Origin: Lytechinus pictus
Lineage: Eukaryota
Direction: 5' to 3'
DNA length: 60,000 nt
Assembly: GCF_037042905.1 (NCBI RefSeq)
Contig: NC_087252.1
Coordinates: 6,574,001 to 6,634,000 of the forward strand
Part shown: positions 13,301 to 25,300 of the stretch, in pieces
Layout: each line of letters starts with the position of its first letter
Numbering within the stretch: the stretch's first letter is position 1
Notes under the pieces: model-generated
Told to the model about the DNA's origin: nothing
What the model saw: only the letters and a program-made list of their open reading frames with translations
The model's database searches: none
Translations under genes and position numbers: made by a program

Positions 13301-16300
13301 TCTCGATCTCATTGAGTTGGGGAAATTCAATGGAATTTAAAAAGGTGTCTACTTCAGAGTTGTCACTACATTGTTCAGTATAAAGAGTTTGATAAAAAGA
13401 ATCAATCTCCTCTAATATAGAATGTTGGTTTAAAATGGTTTCATCATTCTCTGTCTTTAGTTTGAAAATGCATTTTTTCTCTCCAGCTCTTTTTTCTAAA
13501 TTACAATAATATTTGGTGCTTCTTTCACCCTCTTCAGTCCATCGTAGTCGTGAGCGAATAATTGAACCCTTTGTTTCTACATCTAAAATGTCATTTAAAG
13601 CATTGATCAAAAAGTCTCTTTCATTTATAAGGTCAATATTATTTAAGTCAGTGCTTAATTTCTGTTCTATTTCCTCTTTCTCTGCTAAAAGGTGTTTTTT
13701 ACTTAACTCCCTCTCCTTCTCTTTGCGTGAACAGTATTGTATACAAGCACCAGTAATAGTACACTTTAAGGTATCCCAGAGAATATTGTGATTACAGATG
13801 CTGTCAGAATGGATCAATTTAAAGTCCTCAATCTTATCTTTAATATAAATTTAATAAACTGCATCATCCCTTAAGTATTTACAATTCAATTTCCAAAAAC
13901 CTGGACCTCTCAAAGGTTGGTTTCCTTTAAAGGTTAGTGAAACAAGGGAATGGTCTGATTGGATTCCTGGGATAATTTTGGATTGCAAGCAATTGGCGAT
14001 AAAATTATCAGAAACCAGTGTAAAATCAATTTGTGATAAAACTCGAGGGGTTTTCTGATGCCTTGTATATTGTTTTAAATGTGGGTGGAAAAAACGCCAG
14101 ATGTCGCATAGATTGAATTCATCTATCAGTGTCAGTAACATTTCCTTTGCTTGAATATAAGAATGGGTTTCCTTACCACCTTGACAATCCAAAGGTCCCA
14201 AGCATCAAAGTCACCAGCACATAAAATAGAAGAGTGATTAAACCTATCAACTTTGCTGAAGACTTCAAGAAAAAAATTGGGGTCACCATTGTTCGGACCA
14301 TACAGATTAACCAATATTAAAGGTACTCCATTAATTGTTGCAGATATGATTATACAGGGTAGGAATTAATTGGTTTTTTTTAGGGGCTACTCTTTTTTTT
14401 ACATTGGGGCTACCACTGAATATCTTGGGGCTATTTTCTAATTCATGGGGCTACTTTTTTTACCGCATATCAGCAATTACCTTTTGACATTCCGAGACTC
14501 AATGTGATGCCTAAAAGCTCAGAACATTTTTAACTGTAATTACTGTAGGCTACAGGCCTTACAATAAACAACAGTGATCCCACCAGAGCAGTGGCGTACC
14601 TAGGATTTTTCACAGGGGGTGGGGGCAAATTCATCCGCCCAAAAATGTGACAAGCAAAAAAAAAAAAAAAAGTCTTCAACCACAAATATAAAATTTCGTA
14701 CCAGAAAAAAATTGACAAGCAAAAAGAAGAAAAAAAAAAAAAAAGTGCATGGGTTGTGACTCGTCAGGGGGGCAGACTGCCCCCCCCCCCCCGTAGGTAC
14801 GCTAGTGCACCAGAGCTTCAGCTTCACACACTTCAGATTCGAGCCAATCGAGGCCCCAAGACTTTATTGTCGATTGTCTCTGTACAGTACTGTTTGTTTT
14901 TTGGCTTATCCTCAACAGTATCTTGATTTGGAGAGGCTTCTGGCGCTGGCTCTGGCCGTTTGGCAGTGCCAGGTTGAACTCGAATTAGAAACTTATCCAT
15001 CTCGCACTCCGACTGGACGATGTCGATAATCAGTGCTGTCACAATCACCAGCATTCAATTCTGTGCATGCCTAGTACACATAATAAACCGTACGATGCAC
15101 GTGGTCTCGTTACCAGCTGTGCAGTCTAATCGTGCACGCGTACATGTACATAAGCCATACGGCAAGTGCGTCAATAATTCTAAAATCCCCGTGCTAAAGA
15201 CTATGCGTACTCCGCATCCCATATTGCATTGCGCGTTTATTTTACAATCGCGAAGCTTCCGGTGTTACGGAAGGTTCAGATATTGCATTGACCGTTCAAC
15301 TTAAAGCTGGCAAGGGCGATATAAAAGATGCGCTTGCTCCGCCGCCGGAGAACGTAATTATGTGAAGTATTTTTTACATTGTCGATGGTATTTTATTGGG
15401 GCGATTCTGAAATAAAAAGTCGTCCCAAAGCATGTGTAATTCCGACTGTGATTATATATCTCCCATCAGGGTCTGAGAAAGTAGAATCAAGAACAAATGA
15501 CACTGAATTGCGTATTAAAATTGCTACTCCTCTACTATTTGATCAATAACTCGAAAACCATGCACGTTCACCCCACTGTTGTTTCCACAACTGATGATCT
15601 GATTTAGCAGAGTGAGTCTCTTGCAAAAAAATTATATCACTTTTAATAAATCTCAAATAATGAAATAGTTTACGTCTTTTAACATGGTCCTGAAGTCCTC
15701 TACAATTAAAACTAATCAGTTTCAAATCCATATTGAAAAAAGGGGGAATAAAACTGGATTAATACACTTAAAGAAAGTCATATGGGACAGGGTGACTGCC
15801 AACAAAATTATCAGTGGATAGATGCACAGAAATATATCAATAGCATCCAGCGCTGCAAAAAAATAAGAAAAATTTAAATGGTTGATTTTGATGTTAACAA
15901 ACAAAAACATAGGTGCAAAAGGAAAAAAGGAACTGGGCTTCAAATCATAAAACAGCCTAGTCCCAAAAAGCAACTTTAGAAGAGCCGCAACAAACATAGA
16001 CATGCGGGGGAAACATAAGGATCAGACATGCCTTTCATGGATGCACATAATTTCAATTTAAAAAAGAAAAACAGTAGGAATAACACAAATATCAGGTCAT
16101 TGTGTACCATTTCAGACAATAATCAGACAATACATAAAGGTATTTGATAGTTCTTTATAAAACAAGAATACCAGCAAACACAAAAACACCCACAAATGCC
16201 TAGACGCCCAGTGGACGCTTCGTGTCTGTTGGGACAGAAGAGATAGCAAAATAAATTAACTTTAAATCTTTTTTTTTTTTTTTTTTTTTTAAGAATCGAA

Positions 16301-19300
16301 AAAAAAAAAATATATATTTTTATATTTTTTAATTTTTTTTTTCTGACATTATTTTTCCATGAACTGTTGAGGGTGCACAAAGTAAACTTTTGAGCGATGA
16401 TATTAATGTTTGTTCTGTGTAACCATAGTTTATTTGACCTCAGCCTCTTGGATGGGGATTTCTACTTGTCTGGTGGAGAAATAATCTTCCCTGATGAATT
16501 TCTGGCCTTGAGAATTGCAGGAAAAAGGAAGAAAGGCTTGAGGCCTTGCTCCTTTAGAGCCTTGAACTTTGGTAGGCTGGCCTTCCTCTGCTCCATGACC
16601 CGTTAAGAGAGGTCATCACAGACAAAAATTTTCTTTGATTGCTGGTCTTTCGATGACACATATTTGATTAACTCCTTCTTCACATACTCTTTGATTTTGA
16701 AGCCTGTGAAACCTAGATGGATGGGACGAGGTCGTGAGGTCTGGCCACTACGGTAAGTTGGAGTGCGGTGGATTCTCGACATCTGGGCAACAATATCTAC
16801 ATCTAACTTCGCATCAGAAATGAGCTGTTTAACTGTCTTCAGACATGCCTCAGCGCCACCATCACCCTCTCTCTTGTCATCTTCAGAAACATTAGAAATG
16901 ATGATGTTACACCTCCGTGACTGATTCTCTAGGTCATCTATCTTCTCCTCAGCCTTCGCTAAAGCACCTTCTAGTGCATTGACCTTCTCACATAACTTAT
17001 CTACATCATGTTGAATTAGACTGTGAGCGTTGGCACAATCCTCTCTCACCTGTTCGAATCGGGCGTGCATTCTCGCTTCAAATGCCCGAGCCCACCGGGG
17101 GGCATCATCGTCACACACCGTGCTCGTCGCACTCGCATTCATATTGGATATAAGGTCATCAGCTTTTTTCTTCACTGGACTTGTCATGATTATTGTGGCA
17201 ATGTACTCTATAAAAAATTCTCAATCAATTTGTAGTTAAATAATATGAGCTTAAACTTACTGAAGTAATATTTAGTACAAGAAAGGCAGACGTCTGAGAG
17301 TTGTACGTTGCTGCGAGCGTCGCCATGTTCCAAGTCCTGGCTATGTTGCCAATTTGATATCGTTCTAACAATAGTGATTTTGTTGTTTCAGAAACACCCT
17401 GAGCTGAATACGAAGCACATCACTCTGACGGGTATGATATCCAGAGCCTTTCCTATGCCACAACCACCTCAACTACCATCTCAAGGTATGTATAGACATG
17501 AATTGCCACTTGGTCCACACCTGTTTGGTCCAATCTCCACGTTAAAAAACTTGTGACCCGCCACTCCAAATCCATCCGTAAAGCCCTGTGCACACTATGC
17601 GATGCGATTGCACCAAGATCCCATTGCAACAAAATGACATAGTGTGCGCCAACCTACAATGCCCTGCAACTGTGACCCGCTTTGTTGCATTAGGATCACA
17701 GACCAAATCCATCTCAGACATTTGACATGTCAAATATTTCTGCGTTTTTGCCAATTTCAGCCAATCAGATTTGTCCTAGAAAATGACGTCATGACCAATT
17801 TGCTGCGCTTCTACAGCGCAGACAACATAAGCACAAGAGAAGAGGTGCCATGAGATGCTGCACAATGCACAGCTGTTGCAATGTATGCGCTGGCCTGCAA
17901 TGTGAATGCACTGAGATACGATTGGCTACTTTGTTCCAATCGGATCCTAGTGCGATCGCATCGAATTGTGTGCACTGGGCTTAAGTCGCCAGGGAAGGTT
18001 TTCAATAAGTTGCCCAAAAAGTGTGATCTCCAAACGATGGAAATTTAAAAAAAAACCGTTTCTGAAAGAGTAAGATTTCTTCTTCATGCTATCAACCTTT
18101 GCTCAATGCACGACAAGATACAAGAGTTTCTTTGACCCATTTTTTTTTCTGGATCGCTTGGAAGTTTCAATGAGATTTCGCAGTGTGCAAATTTCATGCT
18201 TGATCGAACTCAGAACTTCACATCTTGTTTTCTCCCTACTCTTTTAAGGTCTCACCAAATTGCTTGTATATTCAATCAAGTACTTTGGTTGGTTATTTTT
18301 GATTAATTTTTACAAGTAATATATCAATATTATCATTTAAAGACTTCGGATGCACTGTTTCAAGCCAAATAAAAATGTCAAACTGTATTTTGCGCGACTT
18401 CTTATTGGGGGGTGACAGTTCACATTTACAGTAATATTGTATGTCAAGTTTGCTGATATTGATGACTTTTCTTTTGGCAGCAATGTTCTTAAAAAACAGA
18501 AATTAATCTGTGCGTCGCAAAATGTACAAACAATTTTCCACTGCATAATATTCTATTGTCCCAGTATATTAACTCTGTGTAGAGGTTGTGGATATTATCA
18601 TTATTCTTCTGGCAGGATAAATGACAAATATTAAACATTGAATGGCCCCCCAAAAAAGTATTTCACATTTACAGTTTGTTGATTCTGTGCAAAGTTGCTG
18701 ATATTAATTATTTTCCTACCAGCAGCATTGGTCATAAAAACAGAAGATAGCGACTTGAAGCAGGGTAAGAAGAGAAAAGACAGAGAGAAGGATCGGAAGA
18801 AGAGGAAAAAGAAGAAACTTGCCATGCTGTCACCAGTGACCCCGCCCAAACCTGCCACGCCCATCTCAACCGGTTCCATGGAGGGGAATTCCCCCATAGA
18901 TATCCTTAGTACTCCTGAGTCTCGACAGTCCACCAGAGATGAATACTCTACCTCACCTGCCACTTGTTCTCCTGCTTCAGCAGGCTCATCGTGAGTATTT
19001 AACCTGTTAACTCCTGAATTCTGTTAATCTCATAGGCTTTGTACAGGGATCATCAAGTTCTAGTAGGCAATGGGTTAACCTGTTGACTATTGAATTCTGT
19101 AATTCCCTTAGGCTCTGTACAAGTACCATCTATTTTATTTACTCTCATTCATAAACTTTATTTATTTATGATGGGGATGTTATGCTCTGATGGTCTGACT
19201 CTTGTCTTTCAAACAGATGGTCAAGGATTCAAATTCCTGCCAATATATGTTGAGGGACAGTCATTTTCTGGCCTTTTCCTTTTTTGGAAACCTGTAATTC

Positions 19301-22300
19301 AGTTTCAAACTTGACCTGAAATGGAAAATACAGGCTGTCATAGGAATTGTACTGTGACTATCATTTATGTTTTTGTCTTGTTAGGTTTTGTCATACATAA
19401 TAACCAATTCCTACATTGTATTTTGTTTGTTCTTCATACATTTGTTTATGGATTAATGACATCTAATATTTTCTTAAACAGTCTTGTTTTACAAAGATGT
19501 ATCCATGAGGGCATCTACATCTATCTATGATGATTAACAGTCATTAATCCATGGACCTCTGAATTTTGTGGTTCTTGAACACAATGAGTACGGACCACCA
19601 GGGCCCCGTAACACAAAGCCTAATAACAATGAATAGAAAATGTGAAAGAACACTTCTGATTCGTTCCTGGTCAGTATTTTGAACTAAATGCATGTGTAAC
19701 ATTGATTTTGATTTGCCAGTCCATTTGGAAATTGCTTGCTAATCTTTGTGTTATGGAGCCCAGGTCCAGTATGCCAATGTCCTAATACCGACTTTGTATC
19801 ACATGTCCTTCTTCTTTCATCATGCATAATAAAAAATACCTTGTCCGTTTTACTCCTTTTTCTCTGGGATGTTTTGCTAAAAATGTAATTAATAATAGCA
19901 TTCTATCATACCATTGTGTTTGTAGCCTCTTCACTCAGATATGGAAACTAACAAGGTAGTTTGTGTTGTCAAATCAAAATGCTTCAGGAAATGCACATTG
20001 CTTACTATTCATGTTTCATTTTTGTTTGGTTGCCATACGCAGTAAATGAGTAGTTCAGATCATTAAACTATCAATGTCAACCATCTTTCATGTGTTTTAA
20101 ATAAATGCACTTCTCTGTTGACTGTTCATGCTAGTAGATAAAAGCACAATTTTAAGGAATATTTCACATTTTATGTTATCAGTATCTGTTTGATATTTGT
20201 TCATTTTTCTTTTACATACTTCATTGCTCTTCCTTTTTTTTCATTTTCATATTTGTAAAGCTATCCAATATTTCTATAAAAAAAAAGAAAAATCTCATGA
20301 ATTTGACCATGGCAGTGCTTTTTTTTCTTAAAATTAGATTATTCTAGCATGTCAGACTTGTAATATTGAATATGATAATAATGATAAAGAAGATAAGGGG
20401 GGGGGGGGTGGCGTATTATCATCTACACATCTTTTCACTTTTGTGCACAGGTGTTACCATTCTGTTATGTTCAATGTTCAAATGTTCACAATTTCGTTCA
20501 CTTATTTTGTTCTTAACCCTGATGTCTCATGAATTCTGTAAATATCAGGCTTTGTACAGGGATGAATCAGTAGGCAATGGGCTAATATAATTCAGGCTCA
20601 TACTCGCGTATTGATTTAACCACATGTGGTCTTAACCTCTGTTTTAATTATGTATATTTCAATGTGGCACACATATCTACTTGTTAATGTTAAGCACCCA
20701 TGCCTAACTATTCATCTGCACTCTCACCATTCACAATAAACACCTACAAAACATTGGAAACCCTGGTGTGATCATTTACTCATACCTTGCCTATGAAAAA
20801 TCCAATTCTAGATTTCATTATGTAAATTTAAATCGGTCAATTGAAAGTAATGCATTTTTATAAAATTCTTTTCATTTTATAGCAGAGCTCTACTATAAAG
20901 CATTGTCTTTATCTTAAAAGAAAATTGAATTTAGCCAACCTTATTGTGTGACTTCAGTAGCTTACAGTGTAGCTTCTGCTCGAGAGGCTTCATATGCAGT
21001 TAAATGACGACCCGTATCAATGTTTGGCCGATTTCTACTGGCGTCTGCACCATATTTGAGATGTGGCTGGTGCTAATATTCATACTACTAGCTCTAATGT
21101 GGTGTTATTGCTAGGTTAGGCAATTCACTTAATGCCCTGTACCTATATGTATTTTGAATGGCTGATATTTCTCGATGTTTCTAATTTTGTATCCTCTGGG
21201 GTCCTTTTACAATTAAGATACAATCAATCACACAATTAAGCTTACATTAAAGATACAATCAATCACACAATTAAGCTTACATTAAAGATACAATCAATCA
21301 CACAATTAAGCTCACATTAAAGATACAATCAATCACACAATTAAGCTCACATTAAAGATACAATCAATCACATAATTAAGCTTACATTAAAGATACAATC
21401 AATCACACAATTAAGCTTACATTAAAGATACAATCAATCACATAATTAAGCTTACATTAAAGATACAATCAATCACACAATTAAGCTTACATTAAAGATA
21501 CAATCAATCACACAATTAAGCTTACATTAAAGATACAATCAATCACACAATTAAGCTTACATTAAAGATACAATCAATCACACAATTAAGCTCACATTAA
21601 AGATACAATCAATCACACAATTAAGCTTACATTAAAGATACAATCAATCACACAATTAAGCTTACATTAAAGATACAATCAATCACACAATTAAGCTTAC
21701 ATTAAAGATACAATCAATCACACAATTAAGCTCACATTAAAGATACAATCAATCACATAATTAAGCTTACATTAAAGATACAATCAATCACACAATTAAG
21801 CTTACATTAAAGATACAATCAATCACACAATTAAGCTTACATTAAAGATACAATCAATCACATAATTAAGCTTACATTAAAGATACAATCAATCACACAA
21901 TTAAGCTTACATTAAAGATACAATCAATCACACAATTAAGCTTACCTTAAAGATACAATCAATCACATAATTAAGCTTACATTAAAGATACAATCAATCA
22001 CACAATTAAGCTTACATTAAAGATACAATCAATCACACAATTAAGCTTACATTAAAGATACAATCAATCACACAATTAAGCTTACATTAAAGATACAATC
22101 AATCACACAATTAAGCTTACATTAAAGATACAATCAATCACACAATTAAGCTCACATTAAAGATACAATCAATCACACAATTAAGCTTACATTAAAGATA
22201 CAATCAATCACACAATTAAGCTTACATTAAAGATACAATCAATCACATAATTAAGCTTACATTAAAGATACCATCAATCACACAATTAAGCTTACATTAA

Positions 22301-25300
22301 AGATACAATCAATCACACAATTAAGCTTACATTAAAGATACAATCAATCACACAATTAAGCATAACTCAAGTCAATGGCACACCATGTACAAAAATTTTA
22401 CAATTAATTGTAATGATTAATTGTATATCTTTGTGTAACACCCTCAGGTCTAGTGATATCAAGCCACCTCTCCGAGTCCATCCATCGTTCTTCAGCCTCA
22501 TCAGGGACATCTTTAGTGCTGCTCCAAATCATCGACTCACCCTCGCTAAGCTACGTGAGAGCTTGGCAAATTGGCAACGGTCCCCCGTCAGTATGCTCAG
22601 CAGTTGGGCTATCCTGCAACCAAGTTGGGCGAAGGTAATGATTTTTTTCTCACCTGCATAGCAGAGTGAGACTATCGGCGTCAACACCAAATCTTAACCG
22701 AAGATTAAGTTTTTGAAATGACAGCATAACTTAGAAAGTATATGGACCTAGTTCATAAAACTTGGCCATAAGGTTTATCAAATATTACTGAACATCCTGC
22801 CTGAGTTCCATGTCACATGACCAAGGTCAAAGGTCATTTAGGGTCAATGAACTTAGACCATGTTGGGGGAATCAACATCAAAATCTTAACCTAAGGTTAA
22901 GTTTTTGAAATGTCATCATAACTTAGAAAATATATGGACCTAATTCATGAAACTTGGACATAAGGTTAATCAAGTATCACTGAACATCCTGCATGAGTTC
23001 GACGTCACATGACCAAGCTCAAAGGTCATTTAGGGTCAATGAACTTTGACCGAATTGGGGGTATCTGTTGAATTACCATCATAACTTTGAAAGTTTATGG
23101 ATCTGATTTATGAAACTTGGACATGATAGTAATCAAGTATCACTGAACATCGTGTGCAAGTTTCAGGTCACATGATTAAGGTCAAAGGTCATTTAGGGTC
23201 AATGAACTTTGGCCAAATTGGGGGTATTTGTTGAATCACCATCATAACTTTGAAAGTATATTGGTCTAGTTCATAAAACTTGGACATAAGAGTAATCAAG
23301 TATCACTGAACATCCTGTGCGCATTTCAGGTCACATGACCAAGGTCAAAGGTCAATGAACTTTGGCCATAATGTGGGTATCTGTTGAATTACCATCATAA
23401 CTTTGAAAGTTTATGGATCTGACTCATGAAACTTGGACATAAGAGTAATCAAGTATCACTGAACATCCTGTGCCAGTTTTAGGTCACATGTTCAAGGTCA
23501 AAGGTCATGTAAGGTCAATGAACTTTGGCCATGTTGGGGGGTATTTGTTGAATTACCATCATATCTCTGTAAGTGTATTGGTCTAGTTCATAAAACGTGG
23601 ACATAAGAGTAACCAAGTATCACTTAACATCTTGTGCGAGTTATAGTAGTTTTCAAAGTCAGCACTGCTGCTACATGTATATTGAATCGCGTGATGCAGG
23701 TGAGACCGCCAGAGGCATTCCACTTGTTAAACATTGGGATGGGGGCAGCCTAGTCTGCAGGCACAGACCCTGATTGAAACTGGTCAACAAATGGGTCTTC
23801 ACAAAAGACTAGCAAATTTAAAACTTCCTGTTTGAATTTCTCAACTCGAAAGAAGGGTTTGCACAGCAGACAAGGGGCAGCCCTCACATTAAGATGGCAA
23901 TGTAGTTTAGAAAAATATAATTGGAACCACTGTTATGTATTATGATAATTTAGCAGGCAGCTAGGCAGTTGAGGTGCCATTTTTGCCTTTGGGTTAACCC
24001 TAAAAGGACTGGGAGGTGACTGCTAATTGTATCTTATAATAAGATAATCTTATTATGGGATAATTGTATCGCATGCATGTCTTTCTTGTGGATACCTCTT
24101 TCTTGAGAGATTTGTCAGCCAATTGAGCAGGAAAGTATTTCATGAAGAGTTTTGTCGGTGATTTTCACTCGCTAAATTTGCTCTCGGCCAATCGGATGCA
24201 AGGATTTCCAGTAGCTTGAAATATCTGTGAGTGAAAATCACTCCCTTTAAATCTTCTATGAAACACTTCCTAGGAGTGGTTTCAGGATCCTACAGTTAAT
24301 TGAAAGATTTCTTCCCAAGGACTTGAAGAAATTAATAAAGCAGAAAAAAAGGAAAACATAAATTCCATGTAGGTTCTCACTCCATACAGGCACTCTGTTC
24401 CTTTCCAAAATATTTGAGGAGCACTAGAATCGGCTCAGTGGTAGAGCGTTCACCTCATGAACGGTACGTTATGAGTTCCATCCCTGGCCGAGTCATAGAA
24501 CAGACTTAAAAAAAATTGGTCCTTCTCCTTTCTTGTCAGGCGCTCAGTCTTTTGGAATGGAGAAGAGTAATAATAACATTATGTTATGCAGGGCCTGCTG
24601 AGAGAACAGGGCATTGTACTAAGAGTTACAATTGATCCAATCAATCGTAACTCTATGGAAATCTATCAGTGTCACAATTTTTCTACAGGAAATGTGCAAA
24701 ATGTCCTTTGTAAACAAAGGAGAACACACTGAACTGTCAAGAAATCAATGAATTTATGGATATACATTTACATCTAGAAAAAAATTTGGGCAAAAATGCA
24801 TTTTATATGATAACTTTGCTGGCTTTCCATAGTTGCGATTGATCAGATCAATTGCAAGTCTATGTAAGATGGGCCCCAGTTCATTACAGCTGAAGTGGCT
24901 ACCATGGGTAAATAAGTATTATTATTCAGAGCAAATTTTGGAGAAAAAACCCAAAACAAATTACTGCCTCTAAAAAGGGAGACACTTCTCATGAAAAGCA
25001 ATAAAACGTGACTGATGATCTCTTCACAGGTGGTCGATGGAGCTATGAGGTTTCTCAACGGAGAGGTCAGTGTAAGTCCAGAGGTCATCCCAAGGGTCAG
25101 ATATGACGAGGATAGACAGATGTGGCAGTGGAGAAGTGAGTACAGGGTACCTTATCACTAGAGATTGCAATCACTACCAGGGACCCGTAGTAACACAATG
25201 GTTAGCGATTAATCGCTAAACGAAACGGCCTTTCAAGATCATCATTGCATGCATAGTTTGCTCAGTAGACTGACAAGGAACCAATCAAAATTGTTCTTCC

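Larger units (their letters stand above)
10880..15731 (-). pseudogene. LINE ORF2 (AP endonuclease, reverse transcriptase, C-terminal Cys/His knuckle), frameshifted and interrupted
   Basis: ISFNCRGL, IIFLQETH, SDH, KSPGLDG, FRPISLL, LDIQKAFDSV, QGCPISP, LADD, CCFC..ETYIHIFIEC spread over several frames. Confidence 0.93.
10390..17337 (-). mobile_element. Full-length degenerate Tx1/L1-clade non-LTR retrotransposon
   Basis: 18-bp TSD TGGCTATGTTGCCAATTT at 10372-10389 and 17338-17355; A-rich 3' tail at ~10390-10411; 5' end GGACTTGGAACATGGCG; ORF1 and APE-RT ORF2 remnants. Confidence 0.93.

Noticed and set aside
19527..19562. C/D-box snoRNA (ATGATGA...CTGA)
   Set aside because: Only 36 nt long with no terminal stem; a similar pair at 33774-33823 also lacks a convincing stem and lies in repeat-like sequence.
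21207..22361. 35-bp repeat array as a CRISPR locus
   Set aside because: Units are directly adjacent with no unique spacers, there are no cas genes, and the context is a eukaryotic intron.
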